From the IMG/VR virus record IMGVR_UViG_3300009285_011187: a DNA stretch of 64,000 bases. One strand, 5' to 3'. Below the pieces are notes generated by a model. That model did not search any database. It saw only the letters and a list, made by a program, of their open reading frames with translations, and had not been told where the DNA came from. Made by a program: the position numbers and the translations under genes. Shown here piece by piece: positions 20,621 to 28,708 of the stretch. Every line of letters begins with the position of its first letter. Within the stretch, counting starts at the first letter, position 1. This stretch comes from an uncultured virus (IMG/VR IMGVR_UViG_3300009285_011187) (Duplodnaviria > Heunggongvirae > Uroviricota > Caudoviricetes).

Positions 20621-22252
20621 TTGTCTAATAAATTCAATAATAAGGAAACCCGTATATTTGGACCACCAGGAACTGGCAAGACAACTTACCTGGCTCGTCA
20701 GATCGAGTTAGCCGCAGAAAAGTATGGTCCGGAGAATGTGATTGTAGCTTCATTCACTAAAGCAGCAGCTGTGGAACTCAATATGAGGCGCCTGTCTATC
20801 CCACGCGACAATATGGGCACATTGCATGCGCTGTGCTATCGGGCTATGGGCTCACCACCGATCGCCGAAAAGCATGCTGCTGAATTTAATGAAGTATATC
20901 CTCAGTTCGCTATCTCTGAAGATACCGGCAACGTGTTTGACGAAATGGCCGCCGATGCCTCATATAATACAGATGGCGATGAGTTTCTGAGACAGTATAA
21001 TCTGCAACGGGCTAAGTGCTTGCCACGCGATTCTATGCATCCGCTGGTAGTTAAATTCGCCCATGATTGGGAACGATGGAAGACCAAGAACGATTATGTC
21101 GATTTTACGGACATGATTTATTATACCTGGCAAAATAAATTGCCGCCGCCTGGCGAGCCGCGGGTAGGGTTTTTCGACGAAAGTCAAGATTTCAGTGCTC
21201 TGGAATTGGCATTGGTCAGACAATGGGCCAATTATCTGGAGTATATCTTGATTGCGGGAGATGATGATCAGTGCATTTATCCTCATCGCGGAGCCTCGCC
21301 TGATGCCTTTTTGAATCCGCCAGTTTCGGTCGAGCAAAAGCGCGTGCTTCGTCAATCGTATAGACTGCCGCGACGCATTCATGCATATGCTGAAAAATGG
21401 ATTAAGCAGGTAAAGTTTCGGGAAACTAAAGAATACAAACCAAGAGACGAGGAAGGCCAGGTTGAAGCAGGATATGGTCTCGATCTTAGGCAAACGGAAC
21501 ATATTATTGAAACTGCGGATGAGTATGCCAATGCCGGTAAAACAATCATGATTCTGGCATCATGTAAGTATATGCTGATACCTTTGATCGCGGCATTGCG
21601 GCGCCATGGTATACCGTTCCATAATCCCTACCGGCCGAATAAGGGTGACTGGAATCCATTGGGCAATTTTTTCGGATCCAGAAAAGGCACAATTAGTACC
21701 AGGGAACGACTACTGGCATTTTTGAACAAACCGGACAATGGAACAAACTTCTGGTCTTTTGATAAGTTGGACATGTGGCTGGATATGATGAAATCCACTG
21801 CTGTATTTAAGAAAGACATGAAAAAGGAGTATGAGCAAGCCAGGGACAGATTCGGCAATTTTCAGTATGAAGGGGATCCGGAATTTTATAAGAAAATTTT
21901 TACGGAAATAGCACTGCAGCGGGCGACTGAAAGAGATTTGCCATGGTTCAAGGAATCGTTGTTGGCAGCCAGAAAGAAAGCTATCGAATATCCGTTGTCA
22001 GTTTACAGAAAGCGAGGTATTGGTGCGCTTTCGGAACGGCCGCGTATAACGATAGGCACAATTCACAGTACCAAGGGCGGCGAGCATGATATCGTGATGC
22101 TTTTTCCTGATTTGTCAGTAGCCGGCTTTAATGAATATCGCAGTCAGAATCGCGATCCGGTTATTAGAACTTTTTATGTCGGCATGACCCGGGCTAAGGA
22201 AACGCTGCTTCTCTGTAAACCGATGTCTAACTTGGCTGTGAGGTATATATGA
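20621..22252 (+). CDS. UvrD/Rep-like SF1 helicase
   Basis: GPPGTGKT, FDESQD, GDDDQCIY, QSYRLP, TIHSTKGGE, YVGMTRAK. Confidence 0.9.
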   Translation: MSNKFNNKETRIFGPPGTGKTTYLARQIELAAEKYGPENVIVASFTKAAAVELNMRRLSIPRDNMGTLHALCYRAMGSPPIAEKHAAEFNEVYPQFAISEDTGNVFDEMAADASYNTDGDEFLRQYNLQRAKCLPRDSMHPLVVKFAHDWERWKTKNDYVDFTDMIYYTWQNKLPPPGEPRVGFFDESQDFSALELALVRQWANYLEYILIAGDDDQCIYPHRGASPDAFLNPPVSVEQKRVLRQSYRLPRRIHAYAEKWIKQVKFRETKEYKPRDEEGQVEAGYGLDLRQTEHIIETADEYANAGKTIMILASCKYMLIPLIAALRRHGIPFHNPYRPNKGDWNPLGNFFGSRKGTISTRERLLAFLNKPDNGTNFWSFDKLDMWLDMMKSTAVFKKDMKKEYEQARDRFGNFQYEGDPEFYKKIFTEIALQRATERDLPWFKESLLAARKKAIEYPLSVYRKRGIGALSERPRITIGTIHSTKGGEHDIVMLFPDLSVAGFNEYRSQNRDPVIRTFYVGMTRAKETLLLCKPMSNLAVRYI

Positions 22253-22602
22253 TCAGAAAACTTTATCAACCGGAAGGATCGAATCTTTGCGGCCAGACTT
22301 GCGTTGCCATGATTGCCGGCGTGACGATAGATGAAGCGTGCACAGCTGTTGGTCATCGGCATAGTACAAATGCCAGAGCACTGTACAGGGGAATGGAAAA
22401 TTTGGGCATTATTTACAATCCAACGAAACGGATCAATGGCGTAAGATCGAATTGTTTTGTACCGAGTTGCTGCATTGCCAGAGTACATTATAAATTGGGA
22501 AAAAGAACTCATTGGGTTGTGATCTGGGATAATGATATTTACGATCCGATTAAAGATAATTCAGCTTGGCGAGTTACTTCTTATATCGAGATACTGAAAT
22601 GA
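22249..22602 (+). CDS. peptidase C39-like (papain-fold) protein
   Basis: Q...CGQTCVAMIAG ... HWVV ... YDP catalytic pattern. Confidence 0.65.
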   Translation: MIRKLYQPEGSNLCGQTCVAMIAGVTIDEACTAVGHRHSTNARALYRGMENLGIIYNPTKRINGVRSNCFVPSCCIARVHYKLGKRTHWVVIWDNDIYDPIKDNSAWRVTSYIEILK

Positions 22603-22937
22603 CGTTCAAGCCAATAAAAATCAAAAAGCCTAAACCTTATGTGCCGCTGGAGTCGACGCGCACAAGGCAGGTTCTGGATTTTTTGAACAATATTCCCGGG
22701 TGTAAGGCCCAAAAGCGGCATCAATCTGGTTTCGGCAAAAGTGGCGAGCCAGACATTGTATTCTGTTTGTGTGGCCGACACGGCGAGATCGAGATGAAAC
22801 GGGCGGGTAAGGAGCCAAGCAAACTGCAGCTAGTCCGATTGGCAGAATGGGAAAAAGTTGGTGCCATTGTTGGACGCCGAATAACCTGCGTCGACGATGT
22901 CAAGCAGATGTTTGAAGATTATGGGGTAAAAATATGA
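22599..22937 (+). CDS. VRR-NUC family nuclease
   Basis: GEPDIV...EIEMKR..KEPSKLQ (PD-(D/E)xK). Confidence 0.75.
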   Translation: MTFKPIKIKKPKPYVPLESTRTRQVLDFLNNIPGCKAQKRHQSGFGKSGEPDIVFCLCGRHGEIEMKRAGKEPSKLQLVRLAEWEKVGAIVGRRITCVDDVKQMFEDYGVKI

Positions 22938-23112
22938 TTAATATCTCCTTGCAAGATACGGGCTTTGGTAAGAGTCTTCGTATTAATGATGATAAGTTGT
23001 TTTTAAATGTTTTTATACCTTATGAAAATTTGTGCAATATGAATCTTATTGAATTTACTGAAAATATTATAGGTAAGTTAAAAACATTAAACTCTTCTTT
23101 GAAGCGTTGTCT

Positions 23113-23286
23113 ATGAGCGAACGAGAAAGACTGGAAAATGCCAATGTCCGCGGCAAAAAAGATTACTGGAATGGCGTTGCTTACGAAGATTGCCCGCTGC
23201 GCGCCGGTGACTCGCGGGTAATGTGGAAACTTGGCTGGCAGGCGGCGCAAAAAGAAGATAAGTTGATAAAAAAAAGGAGGAAGTAA
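23113..23286 (+). CDS. ribosome modulation factor (Rmf)-like small protein
   Basis: 57-aa ORF absent from the ORF track: RGKKDYWNG....CP.....RVMWKLGWQAA matches the Rmf pattern RG..AG..G....CP....R..W..GW. Confidence 0.5.
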   Translation: MSERERLENANVRGKKDYWNGVAYEDCPLRAGDSRVMWKLGWQAAQKEDKLIKKRRK

Positions 23287-23287
23287 A

Positions 23288-23920
23288 ATGGCAAGGAAAC
23301 AAGGAAGCGGGGAAGAAAAACAGTTGCGGCCTGCGATCGAACAAAAAGATTTTGTTATCAAGTTAACAAACGACATGCTCGGCACGGTAACTAAAGACCC
23401 GGAAGTCTACAAAACCTACATTGCCAGCAAGCAGATTGAGACAAGGGCAGTTGAAGACCTGACCGACGACGAGACGATCACGGTTGAAAAGATCGAGGAA
23501 AGGGGGTGGACCGGATTTCACAAAGATGAAAACACCAATGAGCTCTTTATCTACAACTACATGATTAAGGGGTTCCTGAAGCATGCCGGCAATGTTCTGA
23601 AGGCTGTCGTCAAAATCAAGGCCCTCAGATCCAAACTTGATGATTTTGTTTTCATCCTACCAAGACGCATTTACCTTGGGCAATCAGAACCGGACGGTGT
23701 TCTGGAACGCCCGCTGCGCGTCATGACCATGCAGGGACCCCGGGTTTGCCTGGCCAGATCTGATTACATTAAGGCAGGTAAAGAGTTGGTCTTTACAATT
23801 AAGTTGTATCCGCATCCGGAGATTGACTGGGAGGTAATCAACCAATTATTGGCCTATGGCGAGGACATGGGACTCGGTCAATTCCGGAATGGCAGCTATG
23901 GAACCTTCATTAGAGCGTAA
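23288..23920 (+). CDS. stand-alone Cas7/RAMP-like protein (Vipr-like)
   Basis: N-terminal strand IKLTNDMLGT, IYNYMIKGFLK helix, ERPLR..T.QGPRV.LARSD thumb hairpin, C-terminal G-rich loop YGEDMGLGQFRNGSYGTF; AAGGAGG RBS. Confidence 0.75.
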   Translation: MARKQGSGEEKQLRPAIEQKDFVIKLTNDMLGTVTKDPEVYKTYIASKQIETRAVEDLTDDETITVEKIEERGWTGFHKDENTNELFIYNYMIKGFLKHAGNVLKAVVKIKALRSKLDDFVFILPRRIYLGQSEPDGVLERPLRVMTMQGPRVCLARSDYIKAGKELVFTIKLYPHPEIDWEVINQLLAYGEDMGLGQFRNGSYGTFIRA

Positions 23921-24359
23921 CGTTATGGCATTGTACTGTAAAGCAAGGCGAGGGTAGCGTAAAGTGTGGTAAAGTTATGGCAGGGTATAGCGCCGCAGAG
24001 TATTGGCAGGATGAGGTGAAGTAACGGCATAGTGTGTTATAGTACAGGTGGCATCGGAATAGTTTGGTACAGACAGGTAAAGTCTCGGTACAGCACCGTC
24101 CCGCAGGGTATGGCATCGGTAAAGTGTGCCTTTGTTCAGTAAAGTGATGCAATGGTTCGGTTCAGCAAAGTCAGCAGAGTAATGTTCTGGCATATTGCGG
24201 CGAAGCGTTGGCACGGTATAGTTTGACGAAGTAGAGGTAGTGTACTGTTCTCTGACGTTTAGTTCAGGCATAGTGTAGTAATGTTCAGCAATAGCGCAGT
24301 CTGGTAAAGCATTGCACTGGCGTTGTAGTGAAATGTGATGCGACGCAAGGCAATGGCTT
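23921..24359 (+). ncRNA. pentameric NGY-NN repeat array, candidate guide-RNA array of the adjacent RAMP protein
   Basis: manual parse gives ~85 five-nt units, ~75 of form NGY-NN, in 16 blocks each opened by one extra base and usually GGY; starts directly after the RAMP stop codon. Confidence 0.75.
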
Positions 24360-24386
24360 GACAAGGACGAACAGTAATGCTAAAAT
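24358..24386 (+). promoter_or_regulatory. sigma70-type promoter at the array end
   Basis: TTGACA-17 nt-TAAAAT with extended -10 TG. Confidence 0.65.
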
Positions 24387-24525
24387 GAGTTTGTGAATGA
24401 ACGAAATGAAAGACTAAAGGACGGCTACTGTAATTTTTGTTGCGCCTTCCGCGGAGAGAGGTGCCGGGCGCTAAATTCCGGGTGTCCGGTCCCGTCGCAA
24501 ACTTTAATAGCTATAGGAGAGCATC

Positions 24526-24708
24526 GTGACCGAGAAAAAGCCAAGATACGTAAAAAAAACCTTCAAGCCCAGAAAGTGTGAGTGTGGGTGCGGTGAAAAA
24601 TTTACGCCTGCAAGAGAGTGGCAACGATTCGTTGATAACTATCATCGTATGCAGAACTGGAGAAAAAATCATCCAGATTACATGAAAAAGCATGTCGTTA
24701 ACGAATAG
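24526..24708 (+). CDS. small basic Cys-containing protein
   Basis: AGGAG RBS; RKCECGCGEKF...QRF. Confidence 0.5.
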   Translation: MTEKKPRYVKKTFKPRKCECGCGEKFTPAREWQRFVDNYHRMQNWRKNHPDYMKKHVVNE

Positions 24709-25387
24709 GCCGCATTAATTCCGCAAAGATTCTCTTTTCTTTCAGCATATCCGGCCGCGGCGAACCTGCGTCCCTCATGCTGCCCCCTACCAAATGCCTG
24801 ATCGGGTTAGTTGTCATCTTGTACCAGGGCTGGCAATGATGAAAGATCCAGTCGTCGCCGCAAAACGTTTTTAATTTATTCGGGATTGCCGGCATTTTTT
24901 TAGCTATCTCGGCTCTGATACTAAAAGCCCATCCTTCCCGCTTGGCCATCTGTTTTAAGTACCCGAAAAACGCATTATGCAGGACCAAATGGCTCGTTGT
25001 AACATGTGGACAGAGGACGGCAGCGTGTTTAGCGTACGTCATGCTGGCGCCCAGGACAAGAAAGAAATTTTGCGTGATGATAATGTCGTCGTTCAGGATC
25101 GAAATAATGTCCATGCCGGCCTCGATCATGCATCGAATGCCATACATCCAGGACGCATTGACACCCATAATCTCTTTAGGAGTGTGTACAACAACGGGCA
25201 AATCACTGCGTTCACCGGACCATGACTGGAAATCAATCGTTTTCCCGGCCAGGATTCTCGATAAAGAATTGTCGATATTGTTCATAATCAGTATTTTATC
25301 CGGCGTTTGACTTTGTTCCTCGAATTGCTTCATAAGATTGTACAGGTAGTCTTTCTTGATTACCGGTATCACAACTCCGATTTTCAT
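24698..25387 (-). CDS. glycosyltransferase family 2 (GT-A fold)
   Basis: IGVVIPV, GVNASW..G, ILNDD, FCGDDW. Confidence 0.75.
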   Translation of the reverse strand: MKIGVVIPVIKKDYLYNLMKQFEEQSQTPDKILIMNNIDNSLSRILAGKTIDFQSWSGERSDLPVVVHTPKEIMGVNASWMYGIRCMIEAGMDIISILNDDIIITQNFFLVLGASMTYAKHAAVLCPHVTTSHLVLHNAFFGYLKQMAKREGWAFSIRAEIAKKMPAIPNKLKTFCGDDWIFHHCQPWYKMTTNPIRHLVGGSMRDAGSPRPDMLKEKRIFAELMRPIR

Positions 25388-25397
25388 AAGATATCCT

Positions 25398-25675
25398 TTA
25401 TCTGCACCGTTTCCACACGCCGCGGATTAGATGACCGTGCCAGTTGAGTTGAACGTTTGATTGATCTAACACGGTTACGTTGATGCTTGGTTTGACGGTT
25501 ATGTACCGTCCTAGTGTTCCTGGACAGTACAGCCATCCTGTCCGCAGTGGATAGCGCCGTGGACGCCGGTCGGAACACAGACTTCCCATCTCGTATCCGA
25601 AGATTTTAGATACTCGCCCGGCTGCAATATCGGGACATGGCCATCGGCGTCCGGGTATATTCTTTTGCCCTGCAT
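25398..25675 (-). pseudogene. disrupted small protein (DUF6527-like)
   Basis: TVQEH*DGT then a 1-nt frameshift into ITVKPSI...WHGHLIRGVWK. Confidence 0.45.
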
Positions 25676-25683
25676 GGGATTTT

Positions 25684-26643
25684 CTATGGTTGCCATTGTT
25701 TAATCCAGTCTTCTATCGAAATTACCTGTTTCGCCTCTATCATTTTGCGATGTTTCCACACAGACATGGCCTGATCAACCGAGTTCCATATAGCCGTCTT
25801 CTGGGGTAGGCCGCCCTTGATGTTCATACAATATTTCAGGGCCATGTCGCGGCCGCCGTAAATGTATGTGGAGATAGTGCGGTTTCTATGAAAGTCGTCG
25901 TAATTCCAGTGATAGCCGCGGGGCGCTGCGTAGTGGTACAGCGGCTGACTGTGGAATACATTGATTGATTTACCGAGTATGGCAAGCGTGAAATTAATAA
26001 AATTCTCGCCGCCGCCGTAGATTCCCAGTTCCCGGGGCCAGCCGCCAATTTCATCGTAGAGCGAACGCCGCATCATCATGCCGCAGGTGGACATACAGGG
26101 TACGCGAAGGTGGCCCGGGTCGCCAGGATGCTGTGTCCGGTACTTTGTAAACTTATAATGTACAACTGCTGTTTCCGGTTCTATGTGCAATTTATACATC
26201 AGCTCGTTTCCAGGAGTATCCATAAAATAGGAAAGCGGCATATGAAGCGTGCCGTCAATAAAGTTGTCGAGGTAATAATTAAATGCCGGCACGATGGACC
26301 CCTGAGAAGGAAGACAGTGAGCGTCGCAGAAAAACAGAACATCGCCGGTCGAATTTTCAACGCCCAGGTTCTTTGCTTGCCAGTGAGAAAGCTTATCCTT
26401 GTACTCGAGATATTTGTACCAGGGCCGCTTGCCGCTGGCAAAACTGGCAAGGTATTTGCCGCCTGCATCGGGCTGCAAATTTTTTTCGGTCAACAACTGA
26501 TGCTCGAGTTCAGGACAAGTGTTATCAATCGCAATAATTTCAAAATCACAGCGATCGCGCAATTCTAGATAAAGAGCATGAACGGTGAATGCAGCTTGAG
26601 GATGTTCTTGAGCAAATGGAATAATGCACGATAGTTTAGGCAT
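25684..26643 (-). CDS. glycosyltransferase family 2 (ppGalNAcT-like motifs)
   Basis: LSCIIP, AKNLGVENSTGDVLFFCDAH, YDEIGGW...IYGGGE. Confidence 0.8.
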   Translation of the reverse strand: MPKLSCIIPFAQEHPQAAFTVHALYLELRDRCDFEIIAIDNTCPELEHQLLTEKNLQPDAGGKYLASFASGKRPWYKYLEYKDKLSHWQAKNLGVENSTGDVLFFCDAHCLPSQGSIVPAFNYYLDNFIDGTLHMPLSYFMDTPGNELMYKLHIEPETAVVHYKFTKYRTQHPGDPGHLRVPCMSTCGMMMRRSLYDEIGGWPRELGIYGGGENFINFTLAILGKSINVFHSQPLYHYAAPRGYHWNYDDFHRNRTISTYIYGGRDMALKYCMNIKGGLPQKTAIWNSVDQAMSVWKHRKMIEAKQVISIEDWIKQWQP

Positions 26644-27430
26644 GGATAGACCCTTTCTTTAATGCTTCGGCATAAGATGGCGACAGGAACTGCTTATCAG
26701 ACCGCAATGGATACTGCTTAAGGCTTTCGCTGAACATTAGATGATTCGCTTCCGAGAAGTGCATTTCATTTGTTCCGTAACGCACGCCAGCGTAACTGAG
26801 GCGCAGTCTTCCACAAAACTGGCAAAAAAGACCGAGCCGCGGGTTCTTTAAAGTGCCTTCCAGCGTGTCGCCGCCAAAGCCGAATACTCTGTCGATGCCT
26901 CCTGCCATGGAGCAATGATACCAGCCGTTGATTGTAAGTTGCAATCCGCAGCGCATCTGCTGACCACAGCCGCGGGCGTAGTCGTGTTCGGCGAATTCGG
27001 GAAAGTCGCGCGGAGCAATATTAACGGTCCAGAATCTCGACGGTCGGGCTCCGACGCCCGTGGCGATGTTTTTAGCGGCATGGCGCACCTGGATATTTTG
27101 AGTGCGGAAGCAAATGTCGTAAAGAATCGCTTTGGTTTTTTCCGAGTGGCAGTTGGAAACCAGCGTGCCCTGACATTTGGGATTCTTGCGGCAGTAGGCG
27201 GCGATGATATCGATGAATTCATTAAGTTGTGGATGCAATGTCGGCTCGCCGCCCATAATGTAAATTGCGTTCCAGGCATGTCGCGTTCCGTAAAGCTGTT
27301 TTTCAAAAAATTCGGGCGTCATGTCGGGACCAGGGGACAGGAGATCGCAGCGCCTGGTGCAGTTGGCACAGGCCAGGTTGCATTTCCAGGTAATATCCAA
27401 CTCGAAAACGTTGGTCCTAAATTTTCGCAC
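26636..27430 (-). CDS. radical SAM protein
   Basis: CNLACANC (CxxxCxxC), MGGEPTLHP, additional C-terminal Cys. Confidence 0.85.
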   Translation of the reverse strand: MRKFRTNVFELDITWKCNLACANCTRRCDLLSPGPDMTPEFFEKQLYGTRHAWNAIYIMGGEPTLHPQLNEFIDIIAAYCRKNPKCQGTLVSNCHSEKTKAILYDICFRTQNIQVRHAAKNIATGVGARPSRFWTVNIAPRDFPEFAEHDYARGCGQQMRCGLQLTINGWYHCSMAGGIDRVFGFGGDTLEGTLKNPRLGLFCQFCGRLRLSYAGVRYGTNEMHFSEANHLMFSESLKQYPLRSDKQFLSPSYAEALKKGSIHA

Positions 27431-27624
27431 GAATGATTTTCCTCCAGATGGCGGTCAGCGAGCAAATGGAGCAATAATTCCACAGATCAAGGCGTTCATG
27501 GATACGGTATTTCCAATATGGTGGACTTGCCGGCGATGAAAGTTCATTGATCCAGTCGCTGCATAGTTTTATATGGTCTTTCCACGTCCAGAAATAAAGG
27601 AATTCTTTTTTGCGTGCCCAGGGG

Positions 27625-28401
27625 CTAGTCAGGTTTAACGTATCCGACTCCTTTGTTATAAAGATCGACAAACTGTAAAAACGAACTATCGAACCCGTAG
27701 GCAATTGCCTTGACGTCTTTTGGCAGGCATTTACCGTCATAGCCACGTTTGCCGCGGTGCCAGGCTTCCAGATGGTTTGAGCCTACCCAGGGATGCCTGT
27801 ACATAAGATCGACGATTTGCGGCCAGTTGGCGTTACATTTTTGAGCCACATCAAACATGGCCTCAGCGAAAGTGACCTTAGTTGCAAAGAGACAGTTCAT
27901 GGCATACTTAAATAAAGAAGCGGTAGGAAGATCAACGATAAATTTACGTTCTTTAGGAAAGTTTTTAAAAAGCATCATTATCTGGTCAGCATAGTCACCT
28001 GCAGTGATAATGTAATATGGATTTTCGGCATCTTCCCACCAGCTGGATTCGGTCAGTGACTCCGGCATGAAATGGATTGGATAGTTATATTTTTCTTGGA
28101 ATATCTCGCAGGTTCCTGGTGGCACGGTTGACCTGATAATGATGTGGAAAGATTTTTCCTTTATGGCTGAAAGCCTGGAGACAGCCTCTTCAACGATCGA
28201 GGTATCACATTTTCCAGTTTCCGGATCTGCTGGAGTCGGTACGCAGATAAAAACGTATCCGCAGCTATTCATGCCCTCGTAATTGCAGTCAACAATCTTG
28301 GGATCGTAAAGAACAAGATCGAACTTCGGGTTAAAGTATTTTCTGAGCATTACTTCAGTAGCCTTGCCGACGATACCGTAACCGATGATTCCGATTTTCA
28401 T
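27625..28401 (-). CDS. UDP-glucose/GDP-mannose dehydrogenase family (short form)
   Basis: GYGIVG Rossmann motif, FICVPTP, IRSTVPPGT, KYAMN, GYDGKCLPKD. Confidence 0.85.
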   Translation of the reverse strand: MKIGIIGYGIVGKATEVMLRKYFNPKFDLVLYDPKIVDCNYEGMNSCGYVFICVPTPADPETGKCDTSIVEEAVSRLSAIKEKSFHIIIRSTVPPGTCEIFQEKYNYPIHFMPESLTESSWWEDAENPYYIITAGDYADQIMMLFKNFPKERKFIVDLPTASLFKYAMNCLFATKVTFAEAMFDVAQKCNANWPQIVDLMYRHPWVGSNHLEAWHRGKRGYDGKCLPKDVKAIAYGFDSSFLQFVDLYNKGVGYVKPD

Positions 28402-28708
28402 TTAATAAATCCTTTCTCTGTAAAGCGACCAAAAGCGATTTTCTGCATATCTTTTAAGTGATCCTGTCTGCTTGTCAAGTACCGGCACTACCGGATCCAT
28501 TTGACGGACGTAGACCGCAGTCCCATAATTGATTCATTAAGACCTGAGCTGCGGTCTTGGTAATGATAAATGTAGGTCTATGCACAGCATTTTCCGGCAT
28601 TGATTCCCAGGAGATACATGCACCACGAAATTTTTCATCCATGATGCACATCAATTCGATTTCCGGGCCCCATGGTGTTCTTTGCGCGTGAATCTTAATA
28701 TCAGACAT
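28398..28708 (-). pseudogene. frameshifted hypothetical phage protein
   Basis: LMNQLWDCGLRPSNGSGSAGT* continues in another frame as QDHLKDMQKIAFG up to a TGA overlapping the next start. Confidence 0.4.

Noticed and set aside
23921..24359. Canonical CRISPR array next to the Cas7-like gene
   Set aside because: There is no conserved 23-47-nt direct repeat separated by unique spacers; conservation is at 5-nt period only.
23910..24364. Minus-strand ORFs of 80 and 129 aa over the pentamer array
   Set aside because: Their H/C/Y/T/L-rich sequence is what the reverse complement of NGY-NN repeats produces; they have no clear RBS and oppose the local gene direction.
25398..25696. Genome-wide stop-codon reassignment suggested by the in-frame TAG
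   Set aside because: TAG ends other genes normally (e.g. 2689, 62784), long genes are uninterrupted in the standard code, and the same spot also has a frameshift.
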